A stretch of DNA of 32,000 nt from an archaeon (lineage in GTDB: Archaea; Iainarchaeota; Iainarchaeia; Iainarchaeales; 1-14-0-10-31-34), in contig JAJRVL010000002.1 of the NCBI GenBank assembly GCA_024277355.1, positions 60,001 to 92,000 on the forward strand, in the 5' to 3' direction. This document shows positions 1 through 8,503 of this stretch, one piece after another; the first letter of the stretch is position 1; each line of letters begins with the position of its first letter. The notes under the pieces are model-generated. The model made no database searches. It saw nothing but the letters and a program-made list of their open reading frames with translations, and was not told where the DNA came from. The translations under genes and the position numbers were made by a program.

Positions 1-463
1 AGTCAGTTCTAGTGATTTTTCCTTTAGTTAATTCTCCTACTGCTCCGCCTTTTTTTCCCATGTCTTTTTCTTTGTTAAACAATTTAGCAAAAGCAGTATT
101 TACATCGTCTTGTCCTTTAATTAATAATTCAACTGCTTTTTCAGGGTATTCAAATAGCGGACTTGAACCATAAAAATAATTTTTGCCGTCAAAAATCACT
201 GCAATAGTTGATTCAACAAAACCTGAATTAAAAGGAAAACTCATTAACCCTGATTCAATTCCAACAGAATACTTACAGTCAATAAAACTTTTTTTTGCAC
301 GATTTTTTGCTCCTAAAATTATTTCTTTTAAATTCAATGGCTGTTCTCTTACATTAGAATTAGTTTTAATTCCTTTGACCTTAATTTCTTTAAAGTATTT
401 GCAGAAAGCTTTTTTTACTGCATTAACTTTAACTGGATTTTCTGAACCAATGTTAACTTTCAT
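1..463 (-). CDS. Inosine/xanthosine triphosphatase-like NTPase (DUF84/YjjX family); 3' end runs off the window
   Basis: Absent from the ORF track because no stop lies inside the window. My translation from ATG (463..461) gives MKVNIGSENPVKVNAVKKAF...VGIESGL...GKKGGAVGELTKGKITRTD. This resembles the YjjX pattern TTNPxK...ExG...GAIGxxTxGxxxR. The listed + ORF at 183..467 is its antisense shadow. Confidence 0.7.
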   Translation of the reverse strand, partial: MKVNIGSENPVKVNAVKKAFCKYFKEIKVKGIKTNSNVREQPLNLKEIILGAKNRAKKSFIDCKYSVGIESGLMSFPFNSGFVESTIAVIFDGKNYFYGSSPLFEYPEKAVELLIKGQDDVNTAFAKLFNKEKDMGKKGGAVGELTKGKITRTD

Positions 464-467
464 TTAA

Positions 468-1820
468 TTACCTGAATTTAATTTTTTTTTGTTTACTAAA
501 TTTTTTCATTAATTTTTCCATTGCGCCTTTTTTTTGTAATGCTTCAGGGTCATTAAATTTTCTCATCTGCTTAAACATTTTTTTCATTTTTTTGTAGTGT
601 TTAATTAATTCTCTTACGTCTTCTTCTTTTTTTCCTGAACCTTTTGCTATTCTTATAATTCTTGAATGATTTAATAATTCTGGTTCAAGTTTTTCTTTTT
701 TTGTCATTGAATCCATTATTACTTTGAATCCATCTAATTTTCCTTCGCCTAATTCCATTTGTTCTTTTGGAATTTGTTTTCCCATTCCCATCATATCCAT
801 TACTTTGTTTAATGGACCCATTTTTCTTGCAGCTTTTAATTGTTTATAAAATACATCTAAATTAAATTCTTTTTTCATTAATTCTTCTAAATCAATTTCT
901 TCGTCTTCTGATGCTTCTTTTACTTTTTCTAATAATCCCTGTAAGTCTCCATAACCCATTATTCTGCTTAAATATCTGACTGAATCAAATTCTTCTAAGT
1001 CATTCATTTTTTCTCCTGTCCCAATAAAATAAACAGGAGCTTTAGTCAAAGAACAGGCAATTAATGTTCCTCCTCCTTTAGCTGAACCATCCATTTTTGT
1101 AATTATAACACCTGTTACTCCAACTGATTCATGAAATGCTTTTGCTTGTTTTCCTGCAATCTGTCCGATATCTGCGCCTAACACCAGCAAAGTTAAATCA
1201 GGTTTTAATTCAGAGTTAACTTCTTTTATTTCTTTAATTAATTCTTCATCTAATGCACTTCTTCCTGCTGAATCAACTATAATTAAATCGTAATTCTTGA
1301 ATTTTTCTATTCCTTTTTTGACTACTTTTGCTGCATTTTTTTCGTTTTGAATTCCAAAAAATTCAACGTCAATTTTTTCTGATAATTGTTTTAATTGTTC
1401 AAATGCTGCAGGACGAAAAACATCAGCACAAATTAAGCCGACTTTTTTTCCTCTTTTAGAATAATATTTTGCTAGTTTTCCTGTTGTAGTTGTTTTTCCT
1501 GCTCCAAATAATCCAACCATTAAAATTCGTTTAGGTTCAATTAATTTTGTCTTTTCTCCGCCTAAAGCTTTAGCTAAAATATCATAAGTATTTTTTGTAA
1601 TAAATTCTCTTCTGTTAATTCCTGATGGAAGATCTTTGAATGCTTCTTCTTCAATTTGTTTTGTTAATTTTAATACTAATTCAATTTGTACATCAGATGA
1701 AATTAAAGCTCTTTGAATTTCTTTTGTTACTTCTTTTACTGTATCTTTATCTAATGAACTGGAATTACGTATTTTTTCCATTGCATTTCTTAGTTTTTCG
1801 CCTAAACTCATTTTTCTCAC
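468..1820 (-). CDS. srp54: Signal recognition particle protein SRP54
   Basis: Has the N domain, a G domain (GLFGAGKTTTTGKLA, DSAGR, TKMDG) and a Met-rich M domain (MDMMGMGK). Confidence 0.95.
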   Translation of the reverse strand: MRKMSLGEKLRNAMEKIRNSSSLDKDTVKEVTKEIQRALISSDVQIELVLKLTKQIEEEAFKDLPSGINRREFITKNTYDILAKALGGEKTKLIEPKRILMVGLFGAGKTTTTGKLAKYYSKRGKKVGLICADVFRPAAFEQLKQLSEKIDVEFFGIQNEKNAAKVVKKGIEKFKNYDLIIVDSAGRSALDEELIKEIKEVNSELKPDLTLLVLGADIGQIAGKQAKAFHESVGVTGVIITKMDGSAKGGGTLIACSLTKAPVYFIGTGEKMNDLEEFDSVRYLSRIMGYGDLQGLLEKVKEASEDEEIDLEELMKKEFNLDVFYKQLKAARKMGPLNKVMDMMGMGKQIPKEQMELGEGKLDGFKVIMDSMTKKEKLEPELLNHSRIIRIAKGSGKKEEDVRELIKHYKKMKKMFKQMRKFNDPEALQKKGAMEKLMKKFSKQKKIKFR

Positions 1821-1863
1821 TTAAAATAGAATTCTGTTAAGAAAATTAATTAAAATAAGGCTT

Positions 1864-3312
1864 TTATTTGATTATTCTTTCTGTAATAAACTGAGGAGTA
1901 AATTCAATTAAATCTTTATATCCTTGGCCTGTTCCAACAAATAAAACTGGTTTTTTTATTCCATTAATTAAAGAAATAGCAGTTCCGCCTTTTGCGTCAG
2001 TGTCAATTTTTGTAAGTATAAACCCATCTAATCCAATTTTTTCATTAAATTCTTTTGCCTGAGCAAATAATGCGTTTCCTGATAAGGCTTCTCCGACAAA
2101 AATTTTTAAGTCAGGTTTAACTACTCTGTCAATTTTCTTTAATTCATTCATTAAATTAGTGTTTGTTTCCTGTCTTCCTGCTGAATCAATTAACACCAAA
2201 TCAAAATCTTTTGCTTCTGCTGCTTTAACTGCATCAAAAGCTACAGCAGCAGGGTCGCTTCCATACTGGTGTTTTACTAATCTTACTCCAATTTTTTCTG
2301 AATGTTTTTCTATTTGTTCAATTGATGCAGCTCTAAAAGTGTCTGCTGCAGCTAAAACAACTTTTTTTCCTTTTTCTTTAAACCTGAAAGCAAGTTTTGA
2401 AATTGAAGTGGTTTTTCCTGCTCCGTTTGGACCTAAAAAAAGTATTACAAAAGGTTTTTTGTTTTTCATTTTTTCATCTAAAGAAAAAGAAGGAATATTA
2501 ATTATTTTTTCAATTATTAATGCAATTTCTTTTTTTAATTCCTGATTAATGTCTTTGCCTGAAACTTCTTTTCCAATTAAACTATTTTTGATTTCTTTAA
2601 TTATTTTTTCTGCTGTGTTTTGTTCTACATCTGCTTCCATTAAAGCTAATTCAAATTCATCTAAAAAGTCTTTTACATCTTTTTCTTCTATTTTAATTTT
2701 TCCTGTAAAAAACTTTTTTATTCCTGAAGCAAGAGAAACTTTTGCTTTTATTTCTCTTTCCTTTAATAAATCAGATTCAATTTTTCTTTCAGGTTCTGCT
2801 TTAAATGCAGTTTCTTTTTTGTCTTCAAATATTTCTTTTCCAAATTTTTCTTCTGAAACATCTTTTTCTAATTTTTCTTCAAACTGCTCTTCAAATACAG
2901 GTTCTTTTTTTTCCTTTAAAACTTCTTTTATTGCGTTTTCTTTTATTTCTGCTTCTTTTTCTTTTTGAAATTCCTTTACTGCCTGTACTTTTTCTTTTTT
3001 GTCTTCAATTCTTTTTTCGTGTTCTTTTTCTGCTGTTTCTTTTTTTATTTCAATTAAAACTTCTTTTTCTTCCTGAGTTAAATCTTCTTCTAATTCCTGT
3101 TCTTCTTTTGGAATAATAATTTCATGTTCTTTTAAGTCCTGCTGAAGTTCTGTTTCTTTTTCTTCTTTAATAGTTTCAATTAATTCTGTTTTTGGTTCAG
3201 GTATTTCTTTTTGTTCTTCTCTGATAATTAATTCTTCTTTTTTTTCAAGTTTTTCTTTGACTTTTTCAGTAAATGAATTAATTTTTTTTTTCAGGAATCC
3301 AAACATATTCAA
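1864..3312 (-). CDS. ftsY: SRP receptor FtsY with a long E/K-rich N-terminal region
   Basis: C-terminal NG domain with GPNGAGKTTSISKLA, DSAGR and TKIDTDAKGG. The N-terminal ~200 aa is acidic/basic low complexity. Confidence 0.95.
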   Translation of the reverse strand: MNMFGFLKKKINSFTEKVKEKLEKKEELIIREEQKEIPEPKTELIETIKEEKETELQQDLKEHEIIIPKEEQELEEDLTQEEKEVLIEIKKETAEKEHEKRIEDKKEKVQAVKEFQKEKEAEIKENAIKEVLKEKKEPVFEEQFEEKLEKDVSEEKFGKEIFEDKKETAFKAEPERKIESDLLKEREIKAKVSLASGIKKFFTGKIKIEEKDVKDFLDEFELALMEADVEQNTAEKIIKEIKNSLIGKEVSGKDINQELKKEIALIIEKIINIPSFSLDEKMKNKKPFVILFLGPNGAGKTTSISKLAFRFKEKGKKVVLAAADTFRAASIEQIEKHSEKIGVRLVKHQYGSDPAAVAFDAVKAAEAKDFDLVLIDSAGRQETNTNLMNELKKIDRVVKPDLKIFVGEALSGNALFAQAKEFNEKIGLDGFILTKIDTDAKGGTAISLINGIKKPVLFVGTGQGYKDLIEFTPQFITERIIK

Positions 3313-3759
3313 TCAGTTTGTTTGTTCTCTTCTTGCTTTTTCTGCCTGTGTTACTATTTGTCCTAAAGTATTCATATTAGCGTAAATTGATTTTTGTTGT
3401 TTGTCTAATTCTTCAAGTTTTTCTTGTGCTTCTTTTTCTTTTTTGTCTAAATCTTCTAATGCTTTGTCAATTTGTGAGTCAATTATTATGTTTCCGGGAA
3501 TACTTTTTTTTACTTTAGAGTTTTCATCTATTTTTACATCTAAATATAATCCTACTCCTAATGCAAGCATTGCTTTTTCTCCTTTTTTTGTTTTTTTTAT
3601 TGATTTAAGGCTTTCTTTTGCAAAAAATATTTCCTGCATTAAATTCTGGACTGAAGCAATAGTTTTTTGAACCATTTCTAAATTTGTTCTTTCTTGTTTT
3701 ATTGCGTGAGCGATTTGTTGCCCGCTTAAATTAACTGTTTTTCCTTCCATTTTTATCAC
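3313..3759 (-). CDS. pfdA: Prefoldin alpha subunit
   Basis: 148 aa with coiled coil, beta hairpin (LALGVGLYLDVKI) and coiled coil. It sits in the conserved archaeal position between LX and ftsY. Confidence 0.8.
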   Translation of the reverse strand: MIKMEGKTVNLSGQQIAHAIKQERTNLEMVQKTIASVQNLMQEIFFAKESLKSIKKTKKGEKAMLALGVGLYLDVKIDENSKVKKSIPGNIIIDSQIDKALEDLDKKEKEAQEKLEELDKQQKSIYANMNTLGQIVTQAEKARREQTN

Positions 3760-3839
3760 TTCCTTCGCGATTTCGCTCGCGAGACACGTTTTAGTTCATT
3801 TAATAAACTAATTTTTGATTAAACTTTTTTTGAAAAAGT

Positions 3840-4019
3840 TTATTTCACTTCCTTTACTTCATTTATTTCAATAAACCTTCTTTTAATATTGTTTTTTGAA
3901 CCAAACAAACTTAAGGTTGTTTCTATTGCAGTGTTTTCATTTACTGCGTTGATAGTTTTCTTAAATTTTTCATTCATTTTTTTATTTTTTATTTTTCCTT
4001 GTACTTCAAATGTTTTCAT
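3840..4019 (-). CDS. rplX: Ribosomal protein LX (eL20/L18Ae family), 59 aa
   Basis: Below the ORF-track length cut-off. My translation is MKTFEVQGKIKNKKMNEKFKKTINAVNENTAIETTLSLFGSKNNIKRRFIEINEVKEVK. Size and position (eIF6-LX-pfdA) fit the conserved archaeal cluster. Confidence 0.6.
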   Translation of the reverse strand: MKTFEVQGKIKNKKMNEKFKKTINAVNENTAIETTLSLFGSKNNIKRRFIEINEVKEVK

Positions 4020-4021
4020 TT

Positions 4022-4684
4022 TTAATCTCTCCTTAATCCTTCGTCAATCATTAACATTTCTGCATTAGAAGTGTATTCTCCAATTAAAACTCCTTTAGAG
4101 TTTGCAAGAAGGTCATTTGCAACAAATACGTCTCCGTAATTTGCAGTTGAAGGGTTTCCTTTCACTTTAAGTAGTGTTTCAATTTCCTTTAATTCTTTTT
4201 CTTTTATTTCAGGATGCACTATAAATCCATTATTTGTTAATGCAATACATGAACCCACTACTTCGCTGTCTGCAATTTTAATTTGTTTAAACGGAACATT
4301 GAAAATTTTTTGTATTTCATTAAAAGTTTTTTTTTCTATTAAAGGGCTTGCTATTCCTCCGAAATCATTTACTGCCATAAGATTTCCTATTGCAGTTAAT
4401 CCGTTTATTTTCTGTATTTTAATTCCTTTATCTGAAATAAAATCTATTTCAGTTTGTTCTGTTGTTTCGCCTGCAATAAATCCTTTGCTGTTTCCTTTAA
4501 CAAAACTGCCGATTAATGAACTGTTTGCAATGCTTGTCTGGATTATTTCTATTTCAAAAAAGTCTTCTAATTCTTTTATTTCTGTTTTATCAAGTTGCAG
4601 AGGAAATAACCCTGTTTTTTCGGTAATGCATGCAAAAATGCCGATAAAAGGGCTTCCTTTCAGGGATTTCTTTTTAATTTTCAT
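4022..4684 (-). CDS. eif6: Translation initiation factor 6 (aIF6)
   Basis: 220 aa with the pentein-repeat pattern (GSPFIGIF, SSLIGSF, TAIGNLMAVND, VVGSCIALTNNG, GDVFVANDLL). Confidence 0.9.
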   Translation of the reverse strand: MKIKKKSLKGSPFIGIFACITEKTGLFPLQLDKTEIKELEDFFEIEIIQTSIANSSLIGSFVKGNSKGFIAGETTEQTEIDFISDKGIKIQKINGLTAIGNLMAVNDFGGIASPLIEKKTFNEIQKIFNVPFKQIKIADSEVVGSCIALTNNGFIVHPEIKEKELKEIETLLKVKGNPSTANYGDVFVANDLLANSKGVLIGEYTSNAEMLMIDEGLRRD

Positions 4685-4766
4685 ATTACTCTTTTGGTTT
4701 TCTTTTCATTTCTGCTTTTTGTGCATTTAATTCTTTTTGTCTTTTTTCTTCAAGTTTTTTTGCCTG

Positions 4767-5117
4767 TTATTTTTCTGCTTCGGTTTTTTCTTCTGTTTTC
4801 TTTTCTTCTTTTTTTACTTCAGCTTTCTTTTTGTCTTTTATTTTTTGTTTCTGCATTTCTTTTAATTCTTTTCCGTCTTTTAAAAAAACAAAAGTTTTTT
4901 CTTCAATTTTTTCTAATACTACTTCTATTTTTCTTGGAATTCCAAACATTCCTCTGGCCCAAATTTTTTCGTTTACTTCTTTTGAAATAGCTATTTGGTC
5001 TTCATTTAATCTTTTATGTTTTTTTACAAAATTCTTTAATGCTTTAATTGCATTTTTTGCTCTTCCTCTTTTTGGTTTGTTAAAAACTTTTTGTAAGGGA
5101 ATTGTATAAGAATCCAT
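4767..5117 (-). CDS. rpl31e: Ribosomal protein L31e with a K/E-rich C-terminal tail
   Basis: RGRAKNAIKALKNFVKKH...NEKIWARGMFGIPRKIEV is typical of eL31. Confidence 0.9.
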   Translation of the reverse strand: MDSYTIPLQKVFNKPKRGRAKNAIKALKNFVKKHKRLNEDQIAISKEVNEKIWARGMFGIPRKIEVVLEKIEEKTFVFLKDGKELKEMQKQKIKDKKKAEVKKEEKKTEEKTEAEK

Positions 5118-5123
5118 TTAATT

Positions 5124-5324
5124 TCACCTGTTTTCTTTTCCTTTTCTTTTAATATATAATTTTCCTAAATCAACGTTTTTCCAGTGTCTTTTTTGTTTTG
5201 TATTCCATATTCTTTCGCCTTTTTTTTGTACAATCCATACAGGTGCATTAGTTAATCCTGGTCCAATCTTTTTTCTTGCTGAAATCAAAAAATCTTTTTT
5301 TTCTTTTTCTTTGTATCTTGCCAT
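5124..5324 (-). CDS. rpl39e: Ribosomal protein L39e with a C-terminal extension
   Basis: APVWIVQK...KQKRHWKNVDLG matches the eL39 core (PxWxxxKT...RRHWRRTKL). Confidence 0.85.
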   Translation of the reverse strand: MARYKEKEKKDFLISARKKIGPGLTNAPVWIVQKKGERIWNTKQKRHWKNVDLGKLYIKRKGKENR

Positions 5325-5359
5325 TTTTTCTTCACCTTGTTTTTTTCCGATAATTTTTT

Positions 5360-5677
5360 TTATTTTCTTTTAATTGTTATTTCTCTTTTGGCTGATAATT
5401 GTTCTAATAATCTTTTTACTTCCATGTCATTTAATTTTACTTGAATTTTTCCTGATTTAGCTAAATAAATTAAATTTTGTGCTGTTTTAAAGTATAATTC
5501 TTTGTTGACTAATTTCACATTAAATAATCTTGTTTTTGCTTCATCTGATAAAACTGTTTTTAATGCTAAATCCACTTGGTTTTCTAATTCAATTTGTTTT
5601 TGCTGTTGTTCTGCTTGAATTGAATATTTTTCTCTTAGTTCATTTAGTTTTCTTTGTCTTATCTCTTCCTGATCCAT
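5360..5677 (-). CDS. PDCD5/TFAR19-like dsDNA-binding protein (COG2118)
   Basis: MDQEEIRQRKLNELREK...VLSDEAKTRLFNVKLVN...LIYLAKSGKI. I prefer the ATG at 5677 (M11 of the 5707 ORF) because family N-termini start this way. It still overlaps the S19e 3' end. Confidence 0.75.
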   Translation of the reverse strand: MDQEEIRQRKLNELREKYSIQAEQQQKQIELENQVDLALKTVLSDEAKTRLFNVKLVNKELYFKTAQNLIYLAKSGKIQVKLNDMEVKRLLEQLSAKREITIKRK

Positions 5678-6188
5678 CTTTTCCTTTCCTTTTAGTTTCA
5701 GTTCCATGTGAAGATTTTTCTTTAATTAAAGTTAAATTTCTTTTTCTTTCTGGTTTTGGGTTTTCTTTTAAGTAATCTGAAACTTTTTTTGAAGTTTTAT
5801 TTAGTAAATTAATTCCTTTTATTGTAAGTATTCTTCCTTTTTTTTCTTTTTTAATTAATTCTTCTTTTTCTAATGCTTGTAGGCAGTTTCTTATTATTTT
5901 TCCGCCTGCTTTAACTTTTTTATGGGGTTTTACTCCTCTGTTTTTTCTTCCGCCGTAATAAGTTCTTAAAGATTCAGTTCCTATTCCAGGGCCGTCTAAA
6001 TAAAGTCTTCTGAGAATTGAAGCCATTCTTGTATAATACCAGTCTTCGTCTTGTGGTGCTCTTTCGTTGTGGGCTCCTGTTTTAACATAATTGACGTAGT
6101 CTGGCTGGATTATGTTTTTGTTTTGTTTTAATTCTTTTGTTATTTCTTTTATTAATTCTGTTCCGGGCACATCATACACTGTAACCAT
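5640..6188 (-). CDS. rps19e: Ribosomal protein S19e with a basic C-terminal extension
   Basis: VYDVP...YVKTGAHNERAPQDEDWYYTRMASILRRLYLDGPGIGTESLRTYYGGRKNRGVKP is the eS19 signature. A GGAGG lies upstream of the ATG. Confidence 0.92.
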   Translation of the reverse strand: MVTVYDVPGTELIKEITKELKQNKNIIQPDYVNYVKTGAHNERAPQDEDWYYTRMASILRRLYLDGPGIGTESLRTYYGGRKNRGVKPHKKVKAGGKIIRNCLQALEKEELIKKEKKGRILTIKGINLLNKTSKKVSDYLKENPKPERKRNLTLIKEKSSHGTETKRKGKDGSGRDKTKKTK

Positions 6189-6305
6189 TAAAATGCCTCC
6201 ATTAAAAGCATAAAAAGTAAAAATGCAAATATTAGAAAATTTGCCTTTATTTCTTATTATTTTATCAAAAATAACCTTTTTATACCTATTCTTTTTAGGC
6301 TTTAT

Positions 6306-6557
6306 TCAGCTTTTCTTAAACAAAACAACTGTATTTCCTTTTATTTCAGCTATTTCTGTTTCTGTTGCTTTACTTAGCTCTAATGCAATTACTTTTTTTT
6401 CTTCTTTGATGTTTTTTTGGATTTTTATTTTAATTATACTGTCTTTTTTGAGTTTATCTGAAATCATTTTAATTTGATTTGAATTTAATTTATTTTTGCC
6501 TATGCTAAGTAATGGTTTAAGTAAATGCGCTTTAGCTTTTATTTCTTTTAATTTCAT
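6306..6557 (-). CDS. YhbY/CRM-domain RNA-binding protein
   Basis: 83 aa; KAKAHLLKPLLSIGKNKLN...IIKIKI...KGNTVVLFK follows the CRS1_YhbY pattern. Confidence 0.7.
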   Translation of the reverse strand: MKLKEIKAKAHLLKPLLSIGKNKLNSNQIKMISDKLKKDSIIKIKIQKNIKEEKKVIALELSKATETEIAEIKGNTVVLFKKS

Positions 6558-6561
6558 TTTT

Positions 6562-7038
6562 TTAACCTAATTTTTCTTTTAGTTTTTTTTCAATTAATTC
6601 AGGAACTAATTCTTTTGCTTTGCCTTTTAATGAAACAATTTCTTTAACTAAAGAAGAATTTAAATAGAAATATTTTGGTTCAGTCATCAAAAAAACGGTT
6701 TCAATGTTTTCATTTAATTCTCTGTTAATTGTAGAATACTGGAATTCATAATCAAAATCGCTTATTGCTCTTAATCCTCTGATAACAAACTTAAAGTCAT
6801 TTTTTTTCATGTATTCTGCTAATAATCCATTTAAAACTTCAACTTTAATTTTTTTGTTTCCTTTAAATAATTCTTCAATCATTTCTTTTCTTTCATTTAA
6901 AGAAAATAAATGTTTTTTTGTTTTGCTTTCTGCAATTAAAATAATTACTTTTTCAAACAGTTTTTCTGCACGGTTAATTATATCTAAATGGCCGAAAGTA
7001 ATCGGGTCAAAACTCCCTGCATAAACTCCAATTTTCAT
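6562..7038 (-). CDS. coaD: Phosphopantetheine adenylyltransferase, bacterial CoaD type
   Basis: VYAGSFDPITFGHLDII...RGLRAISDFDYEFQ...SSSLVKE aligns along its length with bacterial CoaD. Its start overlaps the upstream stop (ATGA, 7035..7038). Confidence 0.9.
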   Translation of the reverse strand: MKIGVYAGSFDPITFGHLDIINRAEKLFEKVIILIAESKTKKHLFSLNERKEMIEELFKGNKKIKVEVLNGLLAEYMKKNDFKFVIRGLRAISDFDYEFQYSTINRELNENIETVFLMTEPKYFYLNSSLVKEIVSLKGKAKELVPELIEKKLKEKLG

Positions 7039-7919
7039 TTTAATTCCTCTTTAATTTTTTCTTCTAATTCATTAATTTTATGCTGTAATTCTTTTATAGT
7101 TCCTTTGTTTTCAATTAAATAATCTGCTTTTCTGATTTTTTCTTTTAAAGGAATTTGAAATGAAATTCTTTTCAGTAATTCTTCTTTAGTTATTTTATCT
7201 TTTTTTCTTTCAATCATTTTTTCTTTTTCTGAATAAACTACTAAAACTTTATCGCATAATTTTTCCATTCCTGATTCAAACAATAAAGGAATTTCTAAAG
7301 CAGTTTTTTTTATTCCTTTAATTTCTTCTTCAATTTTTTTCTTGACTAAAGGGTGAATTAATTCATTTAATTCCTTTAATTTTTTTTTGTTGTTAAAAAC
7401 AATTTTAGCTAATTTTTTATGGTCAATTCCCTGTTTGGTTAAAACTTCTTTTCCAAACAATTCTTTAATTTCTTCTTTTATTTTATCCATTTCTTTTTTT
7501 GCAATTTTATCTGTATTAAAAACATTAAACCCTTTTTTTTCTAATTCATTTAATACAGTGGTTTTTCCTGTTCCAATTCCTCCTGTAATGCCTAACACAA
7601 AGTTTTCTTTTCTTTTTTTAAGAAAAACTTTTTTTGTGTTTCCGCATTTTCTGCATTTAACCAATAAAACTTTGTTTTTAACTCTTACTTCTTTGTCTTT
7701 TCCTTTAATCAATAAAGAAAAGCATTTTTTGCAGTAAAGTTTTTTCACTTCTATTGGAATTTTAACTTTATTTCTCATTCCAATTTTTTTCATTAATTTA
7801 AGGTATTCAATACTTCTGTCAGAATGTTTCTCCCAGTTTTCAATAGCTAAATCCATTAAACGATAAATTCTTTCTAATGCAATTCCTTGAATTAAATTCT
7901 TGTTTTTTTTGTGTTTCAT
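7035..7919 (-). CDS. Fusion protein: RNase P subunit Rpr2/Rpp21 zinc ribbon (N-terminal) plus bacterial-type dephospho-CoA kinase CoaE (C-terminal)
   Basis: Residues ~10-100: ALERIYRLMDLA...YCKKCFSLL...VKCRKCGNTKK (Rpr2 CxxC...CxxC). Residues ~107-294: LGITGGIGTGKTTV...P-loop and CoaE-like body. It is one uninterrupted ORF. Confidence 0.75.
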   Translation of the reverse strand: MKHKKNKNLIQGIALERIYRLMDLAIENWEKHSDRSIEYLKLMKKIGMRNKVKIPIEVKKLYCKKCFSLLIKGKDKEVRVKNKVLLVKCRKCGNTKKVFLKKRKENFVLGITGGIGTGKTTVLNELEKKGFNVFNTDKIAKKEMDKIKEEIKELFGKEVLTKQGIDHKKLAKIVFNNKKKLKELNELIHPLVKKKIEEEIKGIKKTALEIPLLFESGMEKLCDKVLVVYSEKEKMIERKKDKITKEELLKRISFQIPLKEKIRKADYLIENKGTIKELQHKINELEEKIKEELK

Positions 7920-7987
7920 TCAGTATTTTATAATAAAAAGCAAATTTAATTCTATTGAATAAGTTTTTCTCCAAACAAAAAGCTTTT

Positions 7988-8007
7988 ATATTAGGCTTGC
8001 CTAATAT
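7988..8007. promoter_or_regulatory. Perfect 20-nt palindrome ATATTAGGC-TT-GCCTAATAT in a divergent intergenic region
   Basis: I checked the 9-bp arms base by base. It lies ~30 nt upstream of the 8037 ATG. Confidence 0.3.
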
Positions 8008-8036
8008 TATTAGTTTATTTTTTTAGGAGGGATTTT

Positions 8037-8165
8037 ATGGCTAAAATGTGCCCGATGTGTACTGCAGGAAATAAAAATGAATTATGCATTCATGAAAAAA
8101 TGATTTTAGGATTAGTTGTTCTTGCATTTCTGTATTTTACTGCTGTTTCTTTAGGATTAATTTAA
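8037..8165 (+). CDS. Small (42 aa) membrane protein with an N-terminal CPMC motif
   Basis: TAGGAGGG Shine-Dalgarno-like sequence 7 nt upstream. MAKMCPMCTAGNKNELCIHEKMILGLVVLAFLYFTAVSLGLI has one predicted TM helix. Below the ORF-track cut-off. Confidence 0.45.
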   Translation: MAKMCPMCTAGNKNELCIHEKMILGLVVLAFLYFTAVSLGLI

Positions 8166-8253
8166 TGTAACTAAAAACCATTAAAATAAATTAATAACCT
8201 GTTGCAGTGCAGTAGGTTGCTGTTTTTTGTTTTTTGCGAGTAAACTTGCGAAA

Positions 8254-8324
8254 TGCGCCCACCGGGAATCGGACCCGGACATCGAGCTTGGAAGGCTCGC
8301 GTCATACCACTAGACTATGGACGC
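8254..8324 (-). tRNA. tRNA-Gly (anticodon UCC), no intron, CCA not encoded
   Basis: Manual cloverleaf: acceptor GCGTCCA/TGGGCGC, anticodon arm CGAGC-CTTCCAA-GCTCG, T arm CCGGG-TCCGATT-CCCGG. It is a GC-rich island in AT-rich DNA. Confidence 0.85.
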
Positions 8325-8503
8325 CAAACGTTTCGCCGTTTGAGCACGATGCACGACTTCACTTTGTTCAGTCCTGCTGTCACAAACAATTTAACCCAAT
8401 TAACTTTTGTACTAAAAATTTAATAAAGGTTTTTGAAAACTTATGACCCGTTACAAAGTAAGGGTTTGGCGGTTTTTCGGTTCTCTCACTCGAAAGCAAG
8501 AAA

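Noticed and set aside
183-467. Listed + strand ORF (94 aa)
   Set aside because: The opposite strand encodes a convincing DUF84/YjjX NTPase from ATG 463 to the window edge. The + ORF has no recognisable features and is an antisense shadow.
2159-3116. Several F/L/S-rich + strand ORFs. Similar ones occur at 4299..4990, 28360..29400, 29325..29685 and 30074..30328.
   Set aside because: They are antisense to K/E-rich minus-strand genes (ftsY, eif6/rpl31e, rad50, ef1b). AAA/GAA codons read backwards give TTT/TTC, producing long stop-free low-complexity frames.
4686-4766. A 26-codon in-frame extension after the rpl31e TAA stop (QAKKLEEKRQKELNAQKAEMKRKPKE-stop), ending right at the eif6 start
   Set aside because: It could hint at stop-codon readthrough or a recent nonsense mutation. 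However, purine-rich, T-poor sequence easily stays open for 26 codons. All other genes here end normally on TAA, TGA or TAG, so there is no evidence for recoding.
8343-8400. Possible C/D-box sRNA in the GC-rich tRNA-Gly spacer (minus sense GTGACA ... CTGA ... GTGAAG ...)
   Set aside because: The box sequences are poor matches to RUGAUGA/CUGA. The C-to-D' spacing (6 nt) is far too short for a guide, and no terminal D box is present.
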